Part shown: positions 52,401 to 60,881 of the stretch, piece after piece
How positions within the stretch are numbered: the stretch's first letter is position 1
Layout of the letters: every line of letters begins with the position of its first letter
The notes under the pieces: generated by a model
What the model saw: only the letters and a program-made list of their open reading frames with translations
What the model was told of the DNA's origin: nothing
The model's database searches: none
Made by a program: the position numbers and the translations under genes
NCBI GenBank assembly: GCA_963722385.1
Contig: CAVRKK010000002.1
Location: 288,001-352,000, forward strand
Source of the DNA: an uncultured bacterium
GTDB lineage: Bacteria; Babelota; Babeliae; Babelales; Babelaceae
Length of the DNA: 64,000 bases
Reading direction: 5' to 3'

Positions 52401-54756
52401 TGACACCCTTGCAAGCACAACGATGATGGGTATTGAGGCTTTGCGCTTGTTTAATCAGTACAAGCAGAAAGAAGGAAGCACCGGCAAGTTCTTGGCCGTG
52501 CGGTTGGGTATTGCCGATGCACAAGGCTCCTTCGCGCCTGATTTATATTTCAATATTGCACATGATACCATACGCCGCGAGCAAACCATTACGGTGCCGA
52601 GCCATATTTCTGGTCAAGAAGTCCATATCGAGAGTGGCGATGATGTTCAGCTTGACGGAACAACCCTGGAGGCCGAGAAAGCGACCATTAAGGGACAGAA
52701 CTTCCAAGCAACTGCAGCACAACATACGGTCACCGTTAATCAACAATCACAAAGTGTTGGTGTAACGCTTAGTGGTACCGTTGACGCATCAAAGCAGACA
52801 AGCACTTCATATACGGTGACGCATGATAATGCGCAGATAAACGCCGATACCATTGTCATTGATGTCAAGAATGCAGAGCTCAAAGGAGCCCGGGTACAGG
52901 GCATCTCTACAACCATTAATGTTGAGCATAACCTGATGGTGGAATCAGTTGAAGATACGCACGATAGCTTTTCGAGTTCTGCTAGTGCTTATGTGGGATC
53001 AGCGGCTGGAGGCGCTCATTATGCTCAAAAAGAGACCAATGAACATAAAATTAGCCAAGCTTCAGGTATTGAGGGTACCGAGCATCTTGAGGTGCGCGTC
53101 GGCGATACGCTCGATCTCACGGGTGCTTATATAAGCAGTGAATCAACGAATGCCACCATCAAAGCTCGCCACCTTGTTTCTGAAGATATTCATGAAGGCA
53201 AAGAAACGCGCGGCTTTAGTATTGGCGGCAGCTTTATACCTAACGGTGATGACCTTGGTATCTATGGTATGGTTGATGGGCGCTATGTTTCGAAGTCGAA
53301 AGACGGTATTACACGGGCAACCATTTCTGAAAATATTGATCTTGATATTTTGGGTGCCGCGATTGCCGAGTTAAATCGCAATATGCGCATGTTGCAAGAG
53401 ACCTATGTTGAAGATGAAACCGTTCTACGCTTGGTGATACCAATCATTAATCCGTCAAAATTTGCCCAGAAGATGCAGCGTATTAAAGAGTTATTTGCTG
53501 AAGGCGGTGATAACCGCGATGCCATCAATCAAACAATGAAAGAGGCTGCAGAGGAACAACGAGAAGAGATTAAGCAGCAAGCGCAGGTTGCTGAGGAGAA
53601 GCTTCTTAATGAGTACCTTAAGCAGAAAAAGAAGCAAGAACAGCCGCTTACACCTTACGAAGCAGAGCTTGCCGAAAACATGGCATCAGGGCAGCCTGCA
53701 GAAAAAACTGAAGAACTTAAGGATGTGCTCAGGGAAAATTTTGATCAAAAATATCCTGGTACTCAGGGATATGCTGCACAACACGAAGACGAGGACTTCG
53801 AAGAGATTAATCTTGATGATCAAGCAGATGAACATACTTGGGAGCGGCCCTTTGAATCAGCCACATCAGAAGAAACAGCAGATTTCGTAGAACTAAACGA
53901 CTTGTATGACATCTATGAGTTCAACACGCAAGACGGCGATACCAGCGAAACGATCATAACAACAGATGTTACTCAAGCTGATTCACCAATCATGGTTAAT
54001 GATCAGCAATCGGCAGACGACTTAGATGCTTCTGAACAAATTTACCAAGAGCTCGAAGATATTTTTCAAGCGGAAGCGAACCAAGAAATGCTTTATGATG
54101 AATCAGCTTCATTCGTTCGGCCTTTCGTATCGACTGTGCTCGACTTCGTACCGATTGTAGGCAATGTTAAGTCTGCTGCTGAGCTTGGTCTGGGTCGGGA
54201 TTATATAAGCGGACAAGACATTGGATACGGCGAACGCGCCTTGCGCACTGCTGCTGTTATATTCCCCTATGTAAAACACTTAAAATTTGTTAGAACAATA
54301 CTGTGGCCCGTCAAATTTTTAGCAAACAAGACCGGCAGGAAACTAAAAAGTCTGAAGGATAAGGCTTCTGCTATCCTAAAGCCATTGGCAATAAATGCCG
54401 CTCGCCCGGGCTTTATTGAGCTCGGTGGAGAAGCTGGCGATATCGCAACAAAAGAAGCAGCTGAAAAAATTGCTACTGCATTTAAGGGAGCAATATTAGA
54501 AGAGGCGTGGAGCGAAAAGGGATGGAGAATCTATATCCCAAATGGTAGAAGAAGGCTTGTTGTTAGAATTATGGAAGCCGGCTCTGGCGAGCGAAAAAAA
54601 CCCTATTTTAGAATCAGTCTAGATGGCAAAGGAGCTTTAACTTCAGCTGGAAAACTTAGCACAGAGCATGTAGTAACCCACATCGATTTGACAAGTGCTT
54701 ATCTTAGCCAAATTAAAGAAATGATTTCACAATACAATATAAAGTATCAAAAATGA
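49429..54756 (+). CDS. CdiA-like polymorphic toxin B (paralog of 26192-31429)
   Basis: Colinear with toxin A over full length, ~30-aa longer acidic linker, variant C-terminal tip; ~120 bp upstream region also conserved. Confidence 0.85.
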   Translation: MFIKAFIQRALVFIFSLLAIISCRANTEPREGYHVIITRDEPASRHVTKPRGQASPEAATHCKIIKNGEQIAQTDVVHAVRDTFKPSELAQPFWLIDARNLQIRVQEGDNCFHLSVDAKGNIAIHKLEMADSFSLEVFGSGSITSQTPISLKKDLAISMPRGVFWSGAKAHWHVGGQADLSFEEGTVAIGGRFESTGDLRIKANSYKQFYGTAQRTEGNRYHAINDNGYPWTCVEYDMVSPKRSLVRSQGNISLTANHAGIYGGILHAKENIIADIDQKFELLTQCNDHKRCEIYEEDTGWIFKNMVPRAVVDYFESCDDVAILQAGKDLKLTLQGQPVKIHDIKHYPAFEATGQIVIGQEARVSSSNKQGVMYNHKPDVDDLRSYGPISLSFAQYINPATTIPCNDPRFIFTHPSQKESIEAWEPGNELAFFSGTSLSKPPMLLSFSSQVEILSRLLFELGLPALGGEGDFVTQLKELQRAGYLVALINGMGIGKMKKREPLPRGQSKPRKSLKESQETKVELSEEEKQELVALVKRYSHKINASPSYLKSKMARIQEGQDSAVLTQELIHELPFSFIYYQVQKFDGVDCLVPVLHVSAADRDANKRMGSILAHDVTIDKMHRVVNKGMIRAINRVKIQADTIINKANKVKKYSVHTLLDGGDIIGFDIELEVPQDAVGKAGIKNIGGSIVGKQKVSFYAKQGDITNTVLLGSRTVRWDPGFFGRLFGHRDSSEVVDFYPGNITSEGNIELISEAGTLLNEGSKIFGAQDVNLKAYADVVFKTLTDKHTSYSGASLQGFSVKQVVQEAMTMERSEVAAGQNLTIESTNGSIRSYGASFIAIRDALFKAKKSNDLAVVTKTLKGEQKQLGLNLFWLYATSKKHLKDHIVKTEINVGGKVTFESGEDNVLEAVVVYAGQSIHLIAKRNNIIKGAKERSSSMTDSWSFGVTFFGSDALGLLADEEYRRALWALNDEDPLIASIHRLASSASTADTLASTTMMGIEALRLFNQYKQKEGSTGKFLAVRLGIADAQGSFAPDLYFNIAHDTIRREQTITVPSHISGQEVHIESGDDVQLDGTTLEAEKATIKGQNFQATAAQHTVTVNQQSQSVGVTLSGTVDASKQTSTSYTVTHDNAQINADTIVIDVKNAELKGARVQGISTTINVEHNLMVESVEDTHDSFSSSASAYVGSAAGGAHYAQKETNEHKISQASGIEGTEHLEVRVGDTLDLTGAYISSESTNATIKARHLVSEDIHEGKETRGFSIGGSFIPNGDDLGIYGMVDGRYVSKSKDGITRATISENIDLDILGAAIAELNRNMRMLQETYVEDETVLRLVIPIINPSKFAQKMQRIKELFAEGGDNRDAINQTMKEAAEEQREEIKQQAQVAEEKLLNEYLKQKKKQEQPLTPYEAELAENMASGQPAEKTEELKDVLRENFDQKYPGTQGYAAQHEDEDFEEINLDDQADEHTWERPFESATSEETADFVELNDLYDIYEFNTQDGDTSETIITTDVTQADSPIMVNDQQSADDLDASEQIYQELEDIFQAEANQEMLYDESASFVRPFVSTVLDFVPIVGNVKSAAELGLGRDYISGQDIGYGERALRTAAVIFPYVKHLKFVRTILWPVKFLANKTGRKLKSLKDKASAILKPLAINAARPGFIELGGEAGDIATKEAAEKIATAFKGAILEEAWSEKGWRIYIPNGRRRLVVRIMEAGSGERKKPYFRISLDGKGALTSAGKLSTEHVVTHIDLTSAYLSQIKEMISQYNIKYQK

Positions 54757-55196
54757 ACAATTTAAGCTTAAGAAACGAATTAAACAAGCTCGAGGAAGGC
54801 AGAATTTTAAATCTTGCATTTGACATTCTCTATCACAGCATAAATCTTAAAGTAAAGGTATATCAATTAGAGGAAAAGTTCGAAACATTCAACGTAATTT
54901 TTTCTCATGTATCTTCTTTTTATTTTGTAAATGATATAGGAGAAGAAAGATTTAATATGTGGGAACCTGATCCAGACGATACTAAAGAGTTAACTTCAAT
55001 AGGTTACTATAAATCAGGGATTGGTAATATTAAGGTTATTGCTCATAAAGGTATCGAAGGAGAAAATTGGGCAAACTATTGGTACTCATCAGCGAATTTC
55101 GCTCTAGATCTTCTCGTAGGGGTGTTATTTATCGAAGCCAGAAGCATAACCATAAATGATAAGACATATGAAGTCGGTTATCCAACAGGTGAATGA
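54753..55196 (+). CDS. Cognate immunity protein (YxiG-like), allele 2
   Basis: ATGA overlap with toxin B; paralog of 31426-31878. Confidence 0.8.
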   Translation: MNNLSLRNELNKLEEGRILNLAFDILYHSINLKVKVYQLEEKFETFNVIFSHVSSFYFVNDIGEERFNMWEPDPDDTKELTSIGYYKSGIGNIKVIAHKGIEGENWANYWYSSANFALDLLVGVLFIEARSITINDKTYEVGYPTGE

Positions 55197-55370
55197 TTAT
55201 GTGAATTTTGATTAATATCGCGAAAAGTTTCATCTGGTTAGCATCTGATAAAAAATCTGTTATTATCAGAAATAATATGGATAGATTATTTAAAAAATTG
55301 CCAAATGCTAATAAACATGTTAATTTGATGGATATATTTATCTTTTATTACATAAAGTGAAAGGATTTTT

Positions 55371-56198
55371 ATGGACATGAGAAAAATTCTCGGAATCATA
55401 GGTCTGTCTGTGGTGCTCGCTCTCGGTAGCTGGCAAGCGACCGCGATGGAAGCCCCTGGTCGGGAATCAAGCAGTGATGAGGAAACAAGTGCAAAAGAAT
55501 ACTCTCCCGAGGAAGCGGAACAGGGCAAAAAGCTTATCCAAGCGATCCATTATGAAGATATGGATCTCATTTATGCTTTAATTAACGCGACACCTGGTAT
55601 CATTAACTACCAAGACCCAGAAGGCAACACACCACTCTTAGAAGCAGTAGAAGGTTCTAGCCGTCCAATAATCAAGCTTCTCCTCCAAAAAGGTGCTGAT
55701 CCCTCGATTAAAAACGCTCAAGGCTTTCCACCAGTTTTCATTATTCTTAAGAAGTGGAGTGAACGTGAAGAGCTTTTAAGGTTACTGATTTCTTATAATA
55801 TACAGGCTCGTGATGCACGTGGTCCTAATGGTCAGACAGCATTGCAACATGCTGTTGAACGTGATTTGCCTGAAAAAAGAGTCCTCTTGAGTTTATGGGC
55901 AGATATTGATGCACAGGATGACAGAGGCTAAACAGCTTTGCATTATGCTGTTGATTCAGGCAATAGCATAGCGGTAGATTTTTTGCTTGAGAAAGGGGCA
56001 AATCCTCATATCAAGAGCTTTGATAGCGATGGTAATCGTACAGCTGATATGGTTATTAATCCAAGTACAGCAGGTAAGACAGCGCCTTGTATAACGCGTG
56101 CTATCCAAAGGGCTCAATTAAGCTATGGAAAGGGATGGTTTAGCGGCCTTAGAAGCTTTTTTAACCTGGAATTCACCCAAGTCTTGAGCGAATTGTAA
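55371..56198 (+). pseudogene. Secreted ankyrin-repeat protein, family 1 copy 2, with in-frame stop
   Basis: TAA at 55929-55931 replaces TGG (Trp) of the GWTALHYAV repeat found in both other copies; frame continues to 56198. Confidence 0.85.
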
Positions 56199-56289
56199 AA
56201 TTAACAAAGTATAGAAAAAAGAATAGGCTGTCTCTGATCAAAAAAAGGGGGCAGTTTTCTGGTTTTTTCGTTTTATTCAAGAGACCAGA

Positions 56290-56840
56290 AAACCCCAGGG
56301 TTTTAAACCTGGGGATGAATGGTCTACCGCATAAGGCGCGGAACGAGATGGCATTGCTCGAAGTGGAGCGCCGTCACAAGTTATGGCATACTAAGCGTAT
56401 GTATTGGAAAGGTTCACAAACGACGCATAGGCTTATGTATCACCTGGTATGGATTCCTAAATATAGAAGACGTATATTGCAAGGGAAAATAGCTGAGCGA
56501 ATTGCAGAGCTACTGCATGAATGTGCGGATATAAATCGATGGAAAATAGAAGAGCTGAATATACAAAAAGATCATGTACATGTACTTGTGCAAATGAGGC
56601 CTGAAATAAGCGTAAGCAAAATGGTGCAGCTATTCAAAGGTAGTAGCAGCAGAGTAATTCGAGAAGAATTCCCTGAATTAAAAGAATTTTTGTGGGGTAA
56701 AAGCTTTTGGGCAGATGGATATTTTGCTGAAACATCGGGTCAAGTTAGCGAAGACAAAATCAGAGAATACATTAACAATCAATAGAGCCTCAATCTCGAA
56801 GCAGAAAGCGCCGGCTTTTAAGCCGGCCGTGCTTTACTAT
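56290..56840 (+). mobile_element. IS200/IS605-family element, tnpA only (ends approximate)
   Basis: Left hairpin CCCCAGG-GTTTTAAA-CCTGGGG (56293-56314); right hairpin AAAGC-GCCGGC-TTTTAA-GCCGGC-CGT-GCTTT (56805-56835); no tnpB. Confidence 0.88.
56399..56785 (+). CDS. tnpA: IS200-type Y1 HUH transposase
   Basis: YHLVWIPKYRR, DHVH (HUH), FKG.SSR, LWG.SFWADGYF, YINNQ; start uncertain (ORF track 56315). Confidence 0.95.
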   Translation: MYWKGSQTTHRLMYHLVWIPKYRRRILQGKIAERIAELLHECADINRWKIEELNIQKDHVHVLVQMRPEISVSKMVQLFKGSSSRVIREEFPELKEFLWGKSFWADGYFAETSGQVSEDKIREYINNQ

Positions 56841-56857
56841 GTAAATCACATTGCAAA

Positions 56858-56972
56858 AGAAGATTTAATATGTGGAGCGTGAACCAGGCGATACTCAAGA
56901 ATCAACTTCTATAGGTTACTATCAATCAGCGATAGGCAGTATTAAGGTTACTGCCTATAAAGAAATCGAAGA
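56858..56972 (+). pseudogene. Degenerate internal fragment of a YxiG-like immunity gene
   Basis: AGATTTAATATGTGG...CCAGGCGATACT...ATAGGTTACTAT.AATCAG.GAT.GG.AGTATTAAGGTTACTGC aligns with ~31620-31730. Confidence 0.8.
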
Positions 56973-56980
56973 CGTCGAAT

Positions 56981-57780
56981 GAGCAAGTTTATCAAGAATT
57001 CGAAGACATTTTTCAAGCGCAGGCGAACGAAGAAATACTCAATGATGAGTCAGGTTCATTCGTTCGGCCTTTTGTCTCGGCCGTACTCGACTTTGTTCCG
57101 ATTGTCGGCAATGTTAAGTCTGCTGCTGAGCTTGGCCTTGGTCGAGATTATATAGGCGGACAGGATATTGGATATGGTGAACGGGCTTTGCACGCAGCTG
57201 CCGTTATATACCCCTATGTAAAATACCTAAAATTCGTTAGAACAATACTGTGGCCCGTCAAATTCTTGGCAAACAAGACCGGCAAGAAACTAAAAAATCT
57301 GAAAGATAAGGCTTCTGCCATCGGTCCCTCATTAGCAAATTATGCTTTGCCAGAACTCCGAGCCTGTACAGCAGCTGGGGAATTAATAAGCAAGGCATCT
57401 ACCACTCGTTTCGTAACGACCCCAGCAAAGCTCATCAAAAATGCAAGAGCAACTGCAGGTGCTGGTAGAGAGATAATCTTAGACAAAGTAAAATCTTTTG
57501 AGCAAGCTAGAAATATTGCGCTTGAAATATTGGGGAATTTGGGGCCTGATTCACTGCCTAAATTTGGGAAGCATGAGCTATTTAAAGGAAAAATTGTGGG
57601 AAGAGAACTCGCAGGTCGCAAAGCTCATTTTAGGCTTGATTGGGATCCTACGAAAGGGCCTCATATCAACGTAGGGGACTTTAGGATTGGCAAAAGAGGA
57701 ATGGCGGTGTAAACATTGCTATTCCATTCGAAGGAGACTTAAACACTGTTCTTAATTTATTAACGCATCTTAATAAATAA
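56981..57780 (+). pseudogene. Orphan toxin tip 1: PT-TG region plus a different C-terminal toxin, no start codon, frameshift near 57700
   Basis: EQVYQEFEDIFQ...LDFVPIVGNVKSAAELGLG...KDKASAI matches toxins A/B, then switches to SFEQARNIALEILGNLGPDS...GR....FRLDWDPTKGPHINV.DFR; tail NIAIPFEGDLNTVLNLLTHLNK* lies in another frame. Confidence 0.85.
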
Positions 57781-57811
57781 TTAAAAAAATTAGTTATATA
57801 AGGAGCTGATG

Positions 57812-58582
57812 ATGTCCACTTTGTGTGAGGATTATATGAATGAAATTGATCCGAGAAAAAGAACGATACTTTCGCAATCAAGCACAAATGAAATCGATGA
57901 AGTTTTAACCAAAATGTTCCCTTTTGTTTTATGGGGAAGGGTAAATTGGGAAAAAGTGAATGAGAAAACATTGATTGATCTTGAAAAACCCCTTCTAGAA
58001 CCAATATATCAATTTCTAAATCAGCACGGTATCAACATTGCGGAAGCAAACAATTGCGTATATATAATTTGGGATAACGGTTCTTTACCAGCTGTAAAAA
58101 CAGAAACGAAAGATGCTATTATCTTTCTACAAAATACCCTTGATTACCAGGGAGATAATGTTTGGATATTTTCACCTAGCAAAAGATATGTCATAGAGTT
58201 TTTTCATGAAGGAGAAATCGTAGCAGGAATCGCACCAGAATTAATTATTAAACTAGAAGCCGCTTATAAGAATTTTTTACAAATCAAAATCAAAAAAGAA
58301 GAATTTCCTTTGGAATATAGCAATATTATCGCTGACATTATAAGCGTGGGTGAATATATAGCCAAGCTAGCAAGACGTATTCTTGCTCATGAAGAAATAG
58401 AAGATGCTGATAAGCTTGTTCTACAAAAAGAGTACTTGACTAAATCTGCTTGGCGTGTTCCTCTTGCTAACCCTTACCCTCTTGTAAAAATTCCACCTAT
58501 TTTAGACTATGCGCGAAAAACAGAAGAATTGAGGAGCCTTTGTGCTAACGTGCTCCTGCACAGAGAAGTTTTAAAGCTCTAA
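57812..58582 (+). CDS. Immunity protein for orphan tip 1 (CdiI-like N domain plus an extra helical C domain)
   Basis: AAGGAG RBS directly after toxin tip; FPF..WGRVNW, YIIWD..SLP.VKT, WIFS....YVIEFFHEGEI resemble a CDI-immunity family. Confidence 0.7.
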   Translation: MSTLCEDYMNEIDPRKRTILSQSSTNEIDEVLTKMFPFVLWGRVNWEKVNEKTLIDLEKPLLEPIYQFLNQHGINIAEANNCVYIIWDNGSLPAVKTETKDAIIFLQNTLDYQGDNVWIFSPSKRYVIEFFHEGEIVAGIAPELIIKLEAAYKNFLQIKIKKEEFPLEYSNIIADIISVGEYIAKLARRILAHEEIEDADKLVLQKEYLTKSAWRVPLANPYPLVKIPPILDYARKTEELRSLCANVLLHREVLKL

Positions 58583-58632
58583 TATCATCCTTCTTTTTTA
58601 GAATTATAAACAGTTGGCTCTTGGCTTAAGTA

Positions 58633-59319
58633 GTGGGTACCGATAACCTGCTAGCAATGTATTTCTCAGATGAATCTTATCGATCTGAATTTTTGCCAAT
58701 ACTTGCGTCAATGGCACTCGATATCGTACCTGTCGTTGGTAACATTAAATCTGCGGCTGAGCTTGACCTTGGACATGATTACATAACCGAACACGACTTG
58801 AGCACGGAGGAACGAGTTTTGCTCGCTGCTTGCTTGCTTTTACCCTTGGTAAAACACCTAAAATCGGTTAAAGTAATCGCAAAGTCGATCTATCAAGCAT
58901 ACTGGTGAGTTTGCTGCCAAGCAAGCACTTAAAACTGCAAAAATCGGGGAGTTGCTGAGAGGGGCCAAACTGGCTTTATCGAGCTTGGTGGAAAAGCTCG
59001 TCATATCGCAACAAAAGAAGCTGCTCAAACGATTGCTGCTGCGTTTAAAGGAGCAACATTAATCGGGGCTAATAACAAGAAGGGATGGAAAGTCTATGTT
59101 TCAAATGGGAAAAAAGAATTTACTGTTAGAATTATGGAAGCCGGCTCTGGTGGGAGAATGGAACCTTATTTTAGGATTGGCATCAGTGGCGAATCAGCTT
59201 TAACTTCAGCCGGACAGCTTATGGCAGATCCTAAATTAACTCACTTCGATTTGACAAGTAATTATCTTATCCAAATTCAAGAAATGATTTCACAATACAA
59301 GATAAGGTATAAAAAATGA
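58633..59319 (+). pseudogene. Orphan toxin tip 2: divergent PT-TG plus third allele of the toxin A/B C-terminal domain, broken by frameshifts
   Basis: LDIVPVVGNIKSAAELDLGHDYIT...EER (58633-58908); GFIELGG...KGWKV...VRIMEAGSG.R..PYFRIG...TH.DLTS (58972-59319). Confidence 0.85.
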
Positions 59320-59777
59320 ACAATTTAAATCTAACTAATGAACTAAATAAACTTTGGGAAGGCAGAATTCTAAATCTTGAGTTTGATATCCTTCACCATA
59401 AAATTAAGTTCAAAATAAAAGTATATAGACCAGGAACAAGGGATGAACAATTTGATATCTATAACGTTGTTTTTTCTGGGGTTTCATCTTTTTACTTTTT
59501 GCAAAATACAGATGAAGATAGATTTAGGACATATGATCCAGATCCGGGAGATACAACGGAACTGACCACCATAGGTTACTATAAAGATGGTATTGGAAAA
59601 ATTAAAATCGTGACTCGTGAGGGAGATGAAGATGCTGGATGGGCAAGCCAGTGGTACTCATCGGCAAATTTTGCCCTAGAGCTCGATCCATCAGCATTAT
59701 TTATCGAAGCCAGAAGTATAACCATAAATGATAAAACCTATGAGGTAGGCTATCCCCTAGATGAAGGAGGTTTGTAA
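59316..59777 (+). CDS. Immunity protein (YxiG-like), allele 3
   Basis: ATGA overlap; more divergent paralog of 31426 and 54753 genes. Confidence 0.8.
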   Translation: MNNLNLTNELNKLWEGRILNLEFDILHHKIKFKIKVYRPGTRDEQFDIYNVVFSGVSSFYFLQNTDEDRFRTYDPDPGDTTELTTIGYYKDGIGKIKIVTREGDEDAGWASQWYSSANFALELDPSALFIEARSITINDKTYEVGYPLDEGGL

Positions 59778-59954
59778 CGTCCAATAAAACGAGCTTCTGA
59801 CTATTACATGCTTCATTTTGTTGGTATCTGACAAAAAATTTGTTATTATCAGAAATAATATCACTAGATTATTTAAAAAATTGTCAAATACTAATAAACA
59901 TGCTAGTTTGATGGATATATTTATCTTTTATTATATAAAACTGAAAGGATTATT

Positions 59955-60758
59955 ATGGACATGAGAAAAAATCTTAGAATCACAGGCCTGTATCTAGTAC
60001 TTACTCTGGGTAGCTGGCAAGCGACTGGGATGGAAGCTCCTGGTCATGAATCAAGCAGCGATGAGGAAACAAGTGCAAAAGAATACTCGCCCGAGGAAGC
60101 AGAACAGGGCAGAAAGCTTATCCAAGCGGTTAAAGATGAAGATATGGATCTCATTTATGCCTTAATTGACGCAACACCAGCTATCATTAACTACCAAGAC
60201 CCAGAAACGGGCAACACACCACTTTTAGAAGCAGTGGAAGACTCTAACCGTCCAATAATCAAGCTTCTCCTTCAAAAAGGTGCTGACCCTTTGATTAAAA
60301 ACGCTCAAGGATTTCCGCCAATTTTCATCATTCTTCAGAAGTGGAGTGAACGTGAAGAGCTTTTAAGACTGCTGATTTCTTACAATATACAAGCTCGTGA
60401 CGCTCCTGGTCCTAATGGGCAAACAGCATTGCAATATGCTGTTGAACATGATTTACCTGAAAAAAGAGTTCTTTTGAATTTATGGGCTGATATTAATGCA
60501 CAAGATGACAGAGGCTGGACAGCACTGCATTATGCTGTAGCGCAATGCGATAGCATAACGGTAGATTTTTTGCTTGAAAAAGGGGCAAATCCTAATATTA
60601 AAAGCTTCGATAGCGACGGCAACCGTACAGCTGATATGGTTATTAATTGTGCTAGAGCTGGGAGAAGGGCGCCTGATATAGTTGGTGCTGTCCAAAGAGC
60701 TCAATTAAGCTATGGAAAAGGATGGTTTAGCAGCCTTAAAAGTTTTATCGGCCTGTAA
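59955..60758 (+). CDS. Secreted ankyrin-repeat protein, family 1 copy 3
   Basis: Intact 267-aa paralog of 32057-32860. Confidence 0.9.
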   Translation: MDMRKNLRITGLYLVLTLGSWQATGMEAPGHESSSDEETSAKEYSPEEAEQGRKLIQAVKDEDMDLIYALIDATPAIINYQDPETGNTPLLEAVEDSNRPIIKLLLQKGADPLIKNAQGFPPIFIILQKWSEREELLRLLISYNIQARDAPGPNGQTALQYAVEHDLPEKRVLLNLWADINAQDDRGWTALHYAVAQCDSITVDFLLEKGANPNIKSFDSDGNRTADMVINCARAGRRAPDIVGAVQRAQLSYGKGWFSSLKSFIGL

Positions 60759-60782
60759 TTTACTCTAGGTATTAACGTCTTT

Positions 60783-60809
60783 AAGCCAGCATCTTGTGCT
60801 GGCTTTTTT
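60783..60809 (+). terminator. Intrinsic terminator
   Basis: AAGCCAGCA/TGCTGGCTT stem plus T run. Confidence 0.75.
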
Positions 60810-60881
60810 ATTTATGTTGCAATTCATGATACATATTAATTATAATTATTTTTAAATAGCAAATTAAGGCAGGAGTAAGTA

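Noticed and set aside
55929..55931. Stop-codon recoding (TAA at a conserved Trp)
   Set aside because: TAA ends many genes in the window and Trp is TGG elsewhere; best read as a nonsense lesion
56785..56980. TnpB/omega-RNA system associated with IS200
   Set aside because: Right-end hairpin follows tnpA directly; downstream DNA is an immunity-gene remnant
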